This document shows positions 1-9,664 of a stretch of DNA of 64,000 nt, in pieces; position 1 is the first letter of the stretch, and every line of letters starts with the position of its first letter. Where the stretch lies: the NCBI GenBank assembly GCA_001783335.1, contig MFLU01000002.1, positions 4,948 to 68,947 of the forward strand, written 5' to 3'. This DNA comes from Candidatus Kaiserbacteria bacterium RIFCSPLOWO2_01_FULL_50_24 (GTDB lineage: Bacteria > Patescibacteriota > Minisyncoccia > Phycocordibacterales > UBA2100). Below the pieces are notes generated by a model. It saw only the letters and a program-made list of their open reading frames with translations. It had not been told where the DNA came from and ran no database searches. Both the position numbers and the translations under genes were made by a program.

Positions 1-516
1 TCATAACGTAAGTGTTATGCTAAAAAGTCCAGAGAGTGTTCCCACTAACGCACCAACCGGAACAGATACGCGTGTAAAACTGCCGGAGTTTTCAAGTGCG
101 GACTTATACGCATTCAGTGCGTCTCGGTTTTCCGATGAGCCGGAAATGATAGCATTCCCCTTGTCGCCACCCTGAAACGACACTGCTTCTACACGCACGC
201 CGGAGGGACGAAGAGCAAGCGCTTGTAGAAGCACGCGCTCCACGCGCGTTGTGGACGTCGCCACCGGAAGAAGTGCGGCAATAAGCGCTTGTGCTTCTTG
301 CGCCTCTCTACGATCTTTCTGAAGTTGTTCGGAGCGAGATTCAAGAACGGCAAACGCATCTGCGGCACGCTGCTCCGAAGAAACGAGTACCGCAGGAAAA
401 AGCGCGAGAAGCGCGACGCACGCTACAAAAATAAATATGAGCGAGCCCACAAGAAGCATTTTGTTCCAGTGCTCTTTCGCAACACGTTTTCTATCTGTAT
501 CGGGTAAAAGATTCAT
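1..516 (-). CDS. pilN: Type IV pilus assembly protein PilN-like (partial; C-terminus runs off the window edge)
   Basis: N-terminal TM helix followed by a coiled-coil. The gene lies immediately downstream of pilM and overlaps it by 4 nt. The ORF has no stop before position 1. Confidence 0.5.
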   Translation of the reverse strand: MNLLPDTDRKRVAKEHWNKMLLVGSLIFIFVACVALLALFPAVLVSSEQRAADAFAVLESRSEQLQKDRREAQEAQALIAALLPVATSTTRVERVLLQALALRPSGVRVEAVSFQGGDKGNAIISGSSENRDALNAYKSALENSGSFTRVSVPVGALVGTLSGLFSITLTL

Positions 517-1670
517 ACCGTTAGAAGATTAGGGTCATATTGTTGTTGAATGCCGCGCATCGCAAGTCCGACCGACGTCGCGTAGCCGAGTGACGCGCGG
601 CGGCTGATTGGCGGAATGTAATCGTCATAAGAAAAGACATTGTGCCATATGTCTCCGCGCACCGTCGGCACTTGCACGCGGGAAGCAATATATTCCTCCA
701 AGCCGTGGAGATTGGAACTGCCCCCAACAAGAACAATACGGGACACGGGCGTCGCACGCTCTCCCTTGTCGTTTTTGTGCGTGTCCCAGAAATGGTAATA
801 ACGGTTCACCTCATTCGCGAGTGCCACGGCGGTCGAGGTTACTATTTCAATTTCTTTTTTGTGCGCCGCCACGTCCGCAAAAAGACCTTGCTCATTCCTG
901 AACCTCTCCGCTTCTTCCTTCGTGCACGACATGGTTTCCATAAGAGAGTGCTCCATCGCCTTCCCCCCCACTCCCACCGTTGCGGTAAAAATGGGAACGC
1001 CGCTTTTAAGAACCGCGATGCCCGAGCGCAGACGGCCAAAGTCCACAAGAAGCGTTACCGGCTCTTCAAGAATGTCATGGGAAGAAAACACCGCACGCGC
1101 TATTGAACGCGCTTCAAGCTCAAAAGACAAGAGGCGAATGCCGGCGTGTGCGAACGCACTTGCATAGTTTTCGGCAAGCTCACGCGGAAACACCACAACG
1201 CCAACCTCGCGCATATGTACCTCTCCGCGCCCCGACACAACGTCAAAGTCGTATACCGACGCTTGCGGAGAAATAGGGACTTTCCCCTCAAATTCAAATT
1301 CCACCATGCGCAATATCTGTTCGCGCGTTGTGTCGTCAGGAACCACCGTGGTGAACACGTATGCTGTTTCTTCCGGAAGAGCCACATGCGCTTCGGTAAT
1401 GTCCTGCTCCCGCAAAACACTGAGAGTACTCGCAAGCGCGTCAACATCCTTAATAACGCCGCCCACGACGATACCCGGCTCAAGAGGAACGGTGCCAAAC
1501 GAACGCACATGTTTGAGAGAGTCAAGCGCGACCCATTTAACCGATACGTCTGAAACATCCACGCCGACTGCCGACGGCTCCAAAAAACGCGGCGTCGGAA
1601 ACCAGCGGTCTAAAAACGCTGAAAGCGGGTTGAAACTGCCCAACGCAACTCCGGGGAATGCAAACTTCAT
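513..1670 (-). CDS. pilM: Type IV pilus assembly protein PilM (actin-like ATPase fold)
   Basis: 385 aa with an N-terminal MKFAFPG and GVDV..VK.V motif. It shows PilM/FtsA-like glycine-rich segments and forms an operon with the pilN-like gene. Confidence 0.65.
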   Translation of the reverse strand: MKFAFPGVALGSFNPLSAFLDRWFPTPRFLEPSAVGVDVSDVSVKWVALDSLKHVRSFGTVPLEPGIVVGGVIKDVDALASTLSVLREQDITEAHVALPEETAYVFTTVVPDDTTREQILRMVEFEFEGKVPISPQASVYDFDVVSGRGEVHMREVGVVVFPRELAENYASAFAHAGIRLLSFELEARSIARAVFSSHDILEEPVTLLVDFGRLRSGIAVLKSGVPIFTATVGVGGKAMEHSLMETMSCTKEEAERFRNEQGLFADVAAHKKEIEIVTSTAVALANEVNRYYHFWDTHKNDKGERATPVSRIVLVGGSSNLHGLEEYIASRVQVPTVRGDIWHNVFSYDDYIPPISRRASLGYATSVGLAMRGIQQQYDPNLLTV

Positions 1671-1689
1671 CGTTTAATCATACCGCGCT

Positions 1690-1873
1690 TTAGGGCTCAT
1701 CCGTAAATAAGTTCCTAAGATTGTGTCCAATGCGCGCTGAATACGGCCGCTATGATTGAGTAAAATATCGAGGCGTACCATTGGTACGATGAGATATTTT
1801 GCGATTGAATAGCGGTCGTAGTCGGCGATGTAGTGGGCGCAAGATGGGGAAGTTATTTACGGATGAGCCCTTA
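1690..1873. mobile_element. MITE-like element bounded by about 22-24 bp imperfect terminal inverted repeats (AGGGCTCATCCGTAAATAAGTT ... AACTTATTTACGGATGAGCCCT)
   Basis: The inverted repeat is read directly at 1691-1714 and 1849-1872 and flanks about 135 bp of non-coding sequence between pilM and ruvX. Confidence 0.4.
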
Positions 1874-1879
1874 GCCTCC

Positions 1880-2404
1880 TTACTTTAGTTTTGTCCCCGG
1901 TGGAACAACTCGTTCTGGCGATTGTGTCGCGTGAGTATCCAAAAACCGTTGGAGAATTATCGCGGCGGCCGACGCATCGTTTGTGTGCGTTTCGCCTGTA
2001 TACCCCGCACCTTTTTTAGAACGTGGAGCATTTACCCTGCTCCCAGACACTCGCGCTCGACCTTTTATATAATCACTGGGCGTTAAAAGGTGCCGGGTAA
2101 ATCGACGCGCCTCCACCGAGCTCCACGACTCCCACGCGGGAACAACGCGAATGCCGGAATGTGCCGCGAATGCGCGAATAAATTCTTCAACCTCACGCGT
2201 TATGGGATTTTCCGCACCGGAGAGAGAGCGCGCGTCGCCCACCACAATCACGCCGACATCTTTTTCGCGCACGAGCTTCTCGAGCATAGAAATAAGTTTG
2301 CTGTCATTCGGAAAGACCCCGTGCGGAAATGCGAATTTTCCGCCCGTATCGGAAATTGCAACGCCAACGCGCTTCGTGCCGTAATCTATGCCCAAAAATC
2401 TCAT
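1880..2404 (-). CDS. ruvX: Holliday junction resolvase-like / pre-16S rRNA nuclease RuvX (YqgF)
   Basis: The MRFLGIDYGTKRVGVAISD N-terminus is typical of YqgF/RuvX. The start was chosen at the internal Met because the upstream extension overlaps a tRNA gene. Confidence 0.75.
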   Translation of the reverse strand: MRFLGIDYGTKRVGVAISDTGGKFAFPHGVFPNDSKLISMLEKLVREKDVGVIVVGDARSLSGAENPITREVEEFIRAFAAHSGIRVVPAWESWSSVEARRFTRHLLTPSDYIKGRARVSGSRVNAPRSKKGAGYTGETHTNDASAAAIILQRFLDTHATQSPERVVPPGTKLK

Positions 2405-2407
2405 GGA

Positions 2408-2490
2408 CGGAGGGGACAGGACTCGAACCTGCAAGGGATTTCTCCCGGCGGTTTTCAAGACCGCTGCCTTACCATTCGGCACACCCCTCC
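2408..2490 (-). tRNA. tRNA-Ser (anticodon TGA) with a long variable arm
   Basis: Cloverleaf read from the reverse complement: 7 bp acceptor stem GGAGGGG/CCCCTCC, anticodon loop CTTGAAA, about 17 nt variable arm, T-arm GGTTCGAGTCC. It ends 4 nt from the ruvX start. Confidence 0.8.
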
Positions 2491-2597
2491 AAAACTACCT
2501 CACTTTAGCACTGAGCCCGCTACTTACTAAGTAATACTCGCATTATACGAGTGCGCTATGCACAACCTTTGGTGTGTGACTACAGTTACGCGTTACA

Positions 2598-3113
2598 ATG
2601 AGCGGTATGAAACACAAGCTTCTAGCTTATAGCGTACAGCCGACAGGAGGTATCACTCTGCGGAAATTTGTTTTTCTGCTGAAAGCTAAAAGCTATAAGC
2701 CACAAGCTACCCATGGGTTCACCTTAATAGAGTTGCTGGTCGTCATTGCTATCATCGGCCTTCTTACATCCCTTACTGTCGTTTCGCTAGGAACCGTGCA
2801 AACGAGAGCGCGCGACGTGCGACGTATGGAAGACGTGTCAACACTCCAAAAAGCGCTAGCACTGTACCAAATCACAACCAACATATATCCAATCTCTGTC
2901 TCCCCTACCACACTAACCGGCACCGACAGCGTTTCAACCGCTCTTATTGGTGCGGGAACGATGGGTGCTATGCCGCTAGACCCCCTCTCTCCGCAATACG
3001 ACTACTCATATAGCTCAAACGCAATTGGCAACAACTATACAATCGCTTTCTGTTTGGAAACCGACTACATACGCAACTACAGTGAGGGATGTGTGAATTC
3101 TGTGTCTCCCTAG
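2598..3113 (+). CDS. Type IV pilin / pseudopilin with a prepilin cleavage motif (G|FTLIELLVVIAIIG)
   Basis: Canonical class III signal with Glu at +5 and a hydrophobic helix. The true start is probably downstream of 2598 (an ATG at 2607 or an in-frame TTG), because the first ATG overlaps a TACAAT -10-like hexamer. Confidence 0.7.
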   Translation: MSGMKHKLLAYSVQPTGGITLRKFVFLLKAKSYKPQATHGFTLIELLVVIAIIGLLTSLTVVSLGTVQTRARDVRRMEDVSTLQKALALYQITTNIYPISVSPTTLTGTDSVSTALIGAGTMGAMPLDPLSPQYDYSYSSNAIGNNYTIAFCLETDYIRNYSEGCVNSVSP

Positions 3114-3361
3114 GGGATCGCTCCGTCGTCCAGCACCACTTTTGCAGTGAGAGTTCTGTTGTGGTACGAAACGCAAACGCAAGCGTTCGTATAACCGGAG
3201 TTACCGAGTACCAAGTGCAAAAGTGGTGCTGGACTCCTCCGCTAAGGTGGTAAATGCCAATTAATTCGTGGAACATCAAAAGTTTTAATTTTACATTGTC
3301 GTTTTTACCTTTTCATTTTTACTTTTTAACTTATCCTGGCCGATAGGATATAATAAGCACT

Positions 3362-3826
3362 ATGCCTACGGAGCCAATACGCTGGCAAGCATTTGAGCAC
3401 GGCCACTTAGAGCGCGGAGGCGACTGGTACATCGCGCTCGGTATTGCCGCGATTTCAATAGCACTAACGAGTATTATTCTCGGCAATGTGCTCTTCGGCA
3501 TTCTTATAGTCGTCGCGGCATTCGTGTGGGGCATGATGGCACAACTCCCGCATCACGTTGTTGATTTTGAAATTTCAGAGCGCGGTATTCGCGCGGGAGA
3601 ACATTTTTACCTATACGAAAGCGTCATCGCATTCTGGGTGGAGGAACACAAAACAAAATCGCCGCTTCTTCTTATAGACACAACAAAATTCATGACACCG
3701 AACCTCGCTGTCCCCCTTGAGAACGTGGACCCAAAACTAGTGCGCGCGTACCTGCTTGAACATGTGGACGAAGTGCCTATGAAAGAATCGCTTGCGCAGA
3801 AGTTTTTGGAATTACTGGGACTTTAA
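3362..3826 (+). CDS. Hypothetical membrane protein (two predicted TM helices)
   Basis: 154 aa ORF with a hydrophobic core (IALGIAAISIALTSIILGNVLFGILIVVAAFVWG). No family was recognised. Confidence 0.45.
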   Translation: MPTEPIRWQAFEHGHLERGGDWYIALGIAAISIALTSIILGNVLFGILIVVAAFVWGMMAQLPHHVVDFEISERGIRAGEHFYLYESVIAFWVEEHKTKSPLLLIDTTKFMTPNLAVPLENVDPKLVRAYLLEHVDEVPMKESLAQKFLELLGL

Positions 3827-3879
3827 TCGATGTCCGAATATACAAATTATACGAATATAACGAATGACTGCGAATTTAT

Positions 3880-4055
3880 AAAAGGCACCAAACAAACATT
3901 AAAATTCCAAGCACCAAGCACCAAGCACCAAATTACAAACAATATCTAAATTCTAATTACTAAACACCAAACACAACATGTCGGTTTTGAATTTGTGATT
4001 TCGGTAATTTGAATTTGTTTGGAATTTGGGATTTGTAATTTGTTATTTTCTTCAT
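3880..4055. repeat. Family A palindromic intergenic element, copy 1 (AC-rich arm / GT-rich arm, about 175 bp)
   Basis: AAAATTCCAAGCACCAAGCACCAAATTACAAACAATATCTAAATTCTAATTACTAAACACCAAACAC ... GTTTTGAATTTGTGATTTCGGTAATTTGAATTTGTTTGGAATTTGGGATTTGTAATTTG. Four more copies lie elsewhere in the window. Confidence 0.65.
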
Positions 4056-4099
4056 GTTGTAGACATCCGTAGATTGGCATACATTTGTAGATATTCGGA

Positions 4100-4612
4100 T
4101 TAAAATGCTTGTGCGGTGCTCGCGCGGCACCACATGTAGTGCGCGAGGCCCGTCGCACGCGAACAGCGCGGCACGTCAGGAAGAGATTGCTCTACGTATA
4201 TAACCTCTGGTTCTCGTTTCTGTGGTTCGTATTTTTTTTGAGATTCGTTTGCTACCGCATACATCTGCGCTTTGAAGTTCGCAGATCCGAACTGAACATT
4301 CTCCGCAACCATGCGAGACGCGGCAACTGAAACAACGGCAAACGCAACCGCTTGCCCTGTGACATTCTCTAAAACTGTGTGGGCGCGCGACACATTACGC
4401 GCTACAAAGTTTTTAACGAGAAACCCCATGTCTGGCGGGAAAGAAAAACGCAATTCATTCTTCCACGAGGTATGGCGAACAAATTCCGTGGGTATAGAGT
4501 AGGCGGCACGTCCCAAGGCGCCATCGAATAGGGGCTCATTCAACACGTCTGCGAGAGTAAACAGAGGAATAACAAGTACCAGCGCTACCACACCGCGTGC
4601 TTTCCACTTCAT
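4100..4612 (-). CDS. Hypothetical secreted protein (N-terminal signal peptide)
   Basis: MKWKARGVVALVLVIPLFTLA signal-like N-terminus. No recognisable domain. Confidence 0.4.
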   Translation of the reverse strand: MKWKARGVVALVLVIPLFTLADVLNEPLFDGALGRAAYSIPTEFVRHTSWKNELRFSFPPDMGFLVKNFVARNVSRAHTVLENVTGQAVAFAVVSVAASRMVAENVQFGSANFKAQMYAVANESQKKYEPQKREPEVIYVEQSLPDVPRCSRATGLAHYMWCRASTAQAF

Positions 4613-4657
4613 GAAGACATTATAACACCGACGGACAGAGGCCTCTGGGCGGCGCCT

Positions 4658-6751
4658 CTATTTAATAGTCACGGTTGTGGTCGCCTTTTTCGCGCCACCC
4701 GCTTTCGTTTCGCACGCAAGTTCAAAATCGGTATTTTGTGTGAGCGATGGCGTTTTCACAACGCCGCTCGTGTTTTTCTTGTTCTTTTGCGACTCGGTGA
4801 ATGCGGGGAGTTGAGGACTCGAGAGCGTGCATGATTCCATGCCAATTGTTACCCAGCCGATGTTCGCGGATTCTCCCGAGGCGACTTCTTTTGGATTTGC
4901 CACCAACACGATAGTTGTTTTATTGACGCGCACGGTGCACGTGTTTGACGCCTCCTTGCCGCTCGCATCGGTGCACATAAGTTTATAGGTAACCGACGAG
5001 AGAGTGCCGTTTCCCTCCTCGGGCGGCAAAACCGCCACCGTCACCCCTCCCTCAAGTTTCCCGCCTGTGTCAAACCCCTCGCCTTTTGCTTCTTTTGCAT
5101 TGCGACATGCGAATGCAAGCGCCACGCTTTGCCCTATGTCCGCAAGTTTTGGCGCGCAAGAAAGTTCCGCTGTTGCGATGCTGTCCGGAGGCGCGTCGGA
5201 GACCTCTACGCGCCCGGTGCACGATGTGCTAACCGGCACACTCACATAGTACTGCGATTGTCCGGACCCGGAAGAGGTGAGTTGCTGCACATGTCCAAGC
5301 ACTGCCATTGAAAATGTGGTGCTCTGCGAAGGCGATAGGGTCGTGGAACCTTGAAGCGACACCGCGCCGAGTCCGGAGATGTGCGCGGTCAGTGAGCCCT
5401 GCGCGCTCAATGTGTTCCACGTCAGTGTCACTGACTCTCCCTTTTTGATAGTAGAGGGACTCACCACAATTGTGCACGACGGCTGCCGCGCCTGCTGACC
5501 CTGCTGTTGGCCACCGAACAAGTCGCCGATGAAACTGCCGAGCATCCCGCCGACGCCACTGGATTCTCCGCCTCCGGGTGGTTGTTGCTGTTGCTGCCCC
5601 CGCAATGCATCCACTGCTCTCTGCCACGCAGGGTCGCGTTCTTGCACAATACGCTCAATCTCTTCCCGCGTGTATGTAGGAGGCGGCGCAGAAGGTTGCT
5701 GCCCTGGTAGTGGAGGAGACAGCGTATATCCTGGGAGTGGGGGTGGCGACGCATATGTAAACGGCGGGCTGATAGGAGGTTGCTGCCCTGGTAGTGGAGG
5801 AGACGGCGTATATCCTGGGAGTGGGGGTGGCGACGCATATGTAAACGGCGGGCTGATAGCTGGAACTGGAATTCTCGTTTTTTCCAGTCTAAGTGCGTCA
5901 AGATTAGTAAGGTCGATACTTTCAATCTGTTCTTTCGCAAACTGTGTCTCTACCTTTTCCCGTACCAGCATTTCCTTAACCGCCGTTTGGCCCGGAACAA
6001 CTGAGGCGATATCTGTGCCATACATATTGTCCACCCAAGTGGCGATGTATAGCGGGTTTTTGTTTGCTTCAAAATATGCAAGAGTCAATTGATGGTCGAG
6101 CGCATTAAGGTACATTTGTTTATTGCCGCCGTCTTTTAAATACGCGGCAAGTATGGATTGGGCCGCCTCCTCGGATGCGGCGTCTTTAACTGCCAAAGCT
6201 GTCAGGCGTGCTTTTAACTCTTTGTCTGCAGCGGCTTGATTGCCGATAGAAATACTATACGGTGAACCGCAAAGTCCCGCAGGATTGCACGAAACAACCT
6301 GGCACGTTTTACTGTTCAAGTCATCGGAAAAACGGAATGCTTCTATCTTTGGCGTTATGTCCTTTCCAGAAGGAGTGGTGACCTTGTACCGGCATCCGGG
6401 CAAACATGCTTGGATAACCCTCTGGCCAGTGACATTAGACGCTGAAGCGCTCGGTGGAAGTGTACTGCCTGTTTCTACCTTTTTCTGCTGGTCACATTCA
6501 GGCGATGCGGTGGTATGCACCGCCGCCGTTTGGGAGCGTAACGTATCCGGAGACGCGAACGGTCCCTGCATGGCAAGACCGAAAAAACCAAGTGTGCCGA
6601 CAAGCAAAACAACCGTGAGGAGCCCTCCGGGGAACGGCGCTTGCAAATCTTCGGAATCGCTTTTAGGCGCGCTCTCCGACTGCGGATTTTCCTGAATAAC
6701 TTCCGGTGCCGGATCTTCAACTGGCGCAGAGGGTTCTTGTTCGTCAGTCAT
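4658..6751 (-). CDS. Large membrane-anchored surface protein with a proline-rich tandem repeat and Ig-like C-terminal regions
   Basis: It has an N-terminal acidic segment, a TM helix, a near-perfect roughly 90 nt tandem duplication (about 31 aa, SPPFTYASPPPLPGYT[PL]SPPLPGQQP), a G/Q-rich linker and Ser/Thr-rich beta-rich C-terminal domains. The start was chosen at MTDEQEP. Confidence 0.55.
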   Translation of the reverse strand: MTDEQEPSAPVEDPAPEVIQENPQSESAPKSDSEDLQAPFPGGLLTVVLLVGTLGFFGLAMQGPFASPDTLRSQTAAVHTTASPECDQQKKVETGSTLPPSASASNVTGQRVIQACLPGCRYKVTTPSGKDITPKIEAFRFSDDLNSKTCQVVSCNPAGLCGSPYSISIGNQAAADKELKARLTALAVKDAASEEAAQSILAAYLKDGGNKQMYLNALDHQLTLAYFEANKNPLYIATWVDNMYGTDIASVVPGQTAVKEMLVREKVETQFAKEQIESIDLTNLDALRLEKTRIPVPAISPPFTYASPPPLPGYTPSPPLPGQQPPISPPFTYASPPPLPGYTLSPPLPGQQPSAPPPTYTREEIERIVQERDPAWQRAVDALRGQQQQQPPGGGESSGVGGMLGSFIGDLFGGQQQGQQARQPSCTIVVSPSTIKKGESVTLTWNTLSAQGSLTAHISGLGAVSLQGSTTLSPSQSTTFSMAVLGHVQQLTSSGSGQSQYYVSVPVSTSCTGRVEVSDAPPDSIATAELSCAPKLADIGQSVALAFACRNAKEAKGEGFDTGGKLEGGVTVAVLPPEEGNGTLSSVTYKLMCTDASGKEASNTCTVRVNKTTIVLVANPKEVASGESANIGWVTIGMESCTLSSPQLPAFTESQKNKKNTSGVVKTPSLTQNTDFELACETKAGGAKKATTTVTIK

Positions 6752-6867
6752 GAGGATAATGATACGCCAACCTCTACCATATGTACTATAGGTGCTATGT
6801 GGAGAGCGTATATAGGACGTACATTGAACCCCCATGCACCGTGGGTCTATTTAGATGACACTTACTA

Positions 6868-6939
6868 TCCCCTCGGCAGGAATCGAACCCACATTACATC
6901 CTCCGCAAGGATGCGTCCTATCCGTTGAACGACGAGGGG
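6868..6939 (-). tRNA. tRNA-Arg (anticodon read as GCG; a CCG/ACG-type is possible if my parse is shifted by one)
   Basis: Reverse complement gives acceptor CCCCTCG/CGAGGGG, a D-arm, anticodon stem CATCC/GGATG with loop TTGCGGA, and T-arm GGGTTCGATTCC. The first nucleotide is an unusual C1:G72 pair. Confidence 0.55.
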
Positions 6940-7063
6940 TAGAGAGGAACAAAATAAGAATATACCATATTCGTATTTTTTCCGAACGCTCCCCTCGAAA
7001 GCTCTGCTTACGAGGGGGTACAAAGAAAGCGTAACGAAAATCTACGCTTTAGCAAATACGGTC

Positions 7064-7327
7064 TTACGCCGTAACTGCATGAGAATATTTCGCAAGTCGC
7101 GATTTCATGCGAGCGGCGGTATTTTTCTTTACGACGCCGCGCTTAGTCGCCTTGTCTATTGCTCCATACGCTTCTGAAAGAAGTGTCGCAGCGGTAGCGT
7201 CGCCTTTTTTCCCAGCATCCGTGAATTCGCGTACCGCCACTTTCATTGCGCGCTTGCGGCGCGCATTAAAAACCGCCTTTCTTTCCGAGGCGCGATGCGC
7301 TTTTTTGGCAGAGCTTGTTTTTGCCAT
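7064..7327 (-). CDS. rpsT: 30S ribosomal protein S20
   Basis: MAKTSSAKKAHRASERK...NARRKRAMK, 87 aa and basic, typical of bS20. Confidence 0.85.
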   Translation of the reverse strand: MAKTSSAKKAHRASERKAVFNARRKRAMKVAVREFTDAGKKGDATAATLLSEAYGAIDKATKRGVVKKNTAARMKSRLAKYSHAVTA

Positions 7328-7374
7328 ATGGCAAAATCCTACACGAAATATGCTACATATGCAATGATATGAGT

Positions 7375-7947
7375 ATGATAGGACACATAGGGGGAGTGGT
7401 TCGGGCCGTGTATACGAGCCACGCGCTTGTTTCTACCGGCGGCATCGGCTACAAAATAGCGGCGACAAAAGAGACACTCGCGCGCCTGACGCTTAATAAG
7501 CCTGCGGCACTTTGGACGCATCTTGCCGTGCGCGATGATGCGTTGGATTTATACGGCTTTGGCACGGAAGAAGACCTGCGTTTTTTTGAATTGCTTCTCA
7601 CCGTACCCGGTATCGGCCCAAAATCAGCGCTCGCAGTCCTTGATGTTGTAAGTGCGGAAACATTGCGTTCGGCAATTGCAAGCGGCAACGCATCGTACAT
7701 GACAAAGGTTTCCGGCATAGGAAAAAAGACCGCCGCAAAAATCGTACTGGAGTTGAAGGACAAGGTCGGCAAAGAAGAAATGGGTGCTACACAGGCGCTC
7801 CGCGGCGACGAGGAAGCGCTTGAAGCGCTCCGGAGCTTAGGGTACTCCGCCGCCGAAGCGCGCGAGGCTCTCCGCAAGGTCCCGCAAAGGGTTGAGACAA
7901 GCAGTGCACGCCTACGCGAAGCGTTACGTATCTTGGGAAATTCATGA
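7375..7947 (+). CDS. ruvA: Holliday junction DNA helicase subunit RuvA
   Basis: MIGHIGGVV start, helix-hairpin-helix region (LLTVPGIGPKSALAVL, VSGIGKKTAAKIVLEL) and a C-terminal domain. The start was chosen at the internal MIGH. Confidence 0.8.
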   Translation: MIGHIGGVVRAVYTSHALVSTGGIGYKIAATKETLARLTLNKPAALWTHLAVRDDALDLYGFGTEEDLRFFELLLTVPGIGPKSALAVLDVVSAETLRSAIASGNASYMTKVSGIGKKTAAKIVLELKDKVGKEEMGATQALRGDEEALEALRSLGYSAAEAREALRKVPQRVETSSARLREALRILGNS

Positions 7948-7948
7948 C

Positions 7949-9199
7949 ATGATTCTGTCTTTAAAAAAACTAGTTCCCGCGCCAGTCGTTTTCCTGTACC
8001 ATCTTGCTCTGGTGTTCCTCGCCGCGCTCTACTTTGAATTTCCGTCGCGGCGCATCACCGTAGTCGGCGTAACTGGCACAAAAGGAAAATCAAGTACGAT
8101 AGAGTTCGCGAACGCCGCATTTGAAGCGGCGGGACGAAACACGGCACTCATGAGCACTATACGAACAAAGGTGGGGATGGAGAGCACACGAAATACCAAA
8201 CGCATGACTATGCCGGGAAGGTTTGCCGTTCAGCATTTTTTGAAAAAAGCGCTTGATGCCGGGTGCGACGTCGCGTTTATTGAAATGACGTCGGAGGGAG
8301 CGCGGCAACATCGGCATCGTTTTATTGATTTAAACGCCCTCATTTTCACAAACCTCGCACCGGAGCACATTGAATCGCACGGCTCATATGAGGCATATGC
8401 GGCGGCAAAATTTGAGATAGGACGCGCGCTCGTTCGCTCACACAAGCGTCCGCGCATTATTATCGCAAACGCGGACGACAAAGAGGCGCACCGCTACCTC
8501 CTTCTTTCCGTTGAACACGCGATTCCCTCTTCTCTTTCCGCATTTGGAGCGCATGCGGATGAAGATGAAATGGGCGGCAGTTTCAAGTGGGACGAGACGA
8601 AAATTCGCATCCATTTGCCCGGAGAATTCTCGCTCCAAAACGCAATCCTCGCGGCACTTCTCGCACGCGCTTTTGATATTCGTGCTGAATTTATTCGTGC
8701 CGGGTTTGACGCGCTTAAAAAAATTCCTGGCCGCGCGGAGCGTGTAGAGGAGGGTCAGCCCTTCCTTGTTATAGTTGACTACGCGCACACACCCGACTCC
8801 CTTTCCGCTATCTACAAAACATACGCAAGTAGGAAGAAAATATGCGTACTCGGTGCGACCGGCGGGGGACGCGACACGTGGAAGCGTCCGGTTATGGGTT
8901 CCATTGCCGACGCCGCATGCGAGCACGTTATACTAACGAACGAAGATTCGTACGATGAGAAACCGGAAGATATCGTGACGAGTATCGCAGCAGGAATGAA
9001 AAGAGTGCCGGAAGTTATTGTAGACCGCCACAAAGCGATAGCGCGCGCACTGTCTCTTGCGAAGCCGGGCTACGCCGTCTTGATTACCGGCAAAGGCACT
9101 GACCCGAGCATAGAGGGTCCGCGCGGCACACACATTCCATGGAGCGACGCCGAGGTAGTGCGTGAAGAGTTGCACAAACTTCTGCAAAAGAGCATATAA
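7949..9199 (+). CDS. Mur ligase family protein (MurE-like), membrane-anchored
   Basis: GVTGTKGKSST P-loop of Mur ligases and a DYAHTPDSL motif (the MurE signature is DYAHTPDAL). It has an N-terminal TM helix. The start was chosen just after the ruvA stop. Confidence 0.6.
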   Translation: MILSLKKLVPAPVVFLYHLALVFLAALYFEFPSRRITVVGVTGTKGKSSTIEFANAAFEAAGRNTALMSTIRTKVGMESTRNTKRMTMPGRFAVQHFLKKALDAGCDVAFIEMTSEGARQHRHRFIDLNALIFTNLAPEHIESHGSYEAYAAAKFEIGRALVRSHKRPRIIIANADDKEAHRYLLLSVEHAIPSSLSAFGAHADEDEMGGSFKWDETKIRIHLPGEFSLQNAILAALLARAFDIRAEFIRAGFDALKKIPGRAERVEEGQPFLVIVDYAHTPDSLSAIYKTYASRKKICVLGATGGGRDTWKRPVMGSIADAACEHVILTNEDSYDEKPEDIVTSIAAGMKRVPEVIVDRHKAIARALSLAKPGYAVLITGKGTDPSIEGPRGTHIPWSDAEVVREELHKLLQKSI

Positions 9200-9322
9200 T
9201 GCACACACGGTAAGATAATTTGCAATTTTCAATAAATGTCACAAACTCCAATGTTTCAAAAATTGAATCATTGAAAATTCAATGAAAATTGGAAATTAAA
9301 AATTGTGATTTACTAATCTTTT

Positions 9323-9643
9323 ATGCTTCGCACCATTCTTATCGTCTTTGTTATATTCATGGCGCTTGCGTTCGTTACCATGTGGATACTTTCCGGGAGT
9401 TTCGGTCGCATTACTGACCGTGCATCGGGCTTCACCAATTTCTTTGGTCTTCCGCTTGGGGAAAGTGCGGGCAGTATACCGATTTTCGAACTGCCATGGA
9501 GAGTATCGGTACCGCAAGGGCCACCTGTTGAAGAGCAAATCGCCGAATGGGAACGATCTCGCCCCATTGAAGAGCAAATAACCAACATTGAAGAAGAGTA
9601 CCGCGCGATTGAGCAGGAGGTGCGCTCGCTCGAAACACAGTGA
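9323..9643 (+). CDS. Hypothetical small membrane protein with a C-terminal coiled-coil
   Basis: 106 aa with an N-terminal TM helix (ILIVFVIFMALAFVTMWIL) and an EEQI repeat. Confidence 0.4.
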   Translation: MLRTILIVFVIFMALAFVTMWILSGSFGRITDRASGFTNFFGLPLGESAGSIPIFELPWRVSVPQGPPVEEQIAEWERSRPIEEQITNIEEEYRAIEQEVRSLETQ

Positions 9644-9664
9644 TGTCATAAAACAACCGGACGG

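Noticed and set aside
1880-2482. The full 200-aa ORF as the ruvX coding region.
   Set aside because: The first 26 codons overlap the tRNA-Ser gene on the same strand. The conserved RuvX N-terminus (MRFLGIDYG) starts at the internal Met at 2404.
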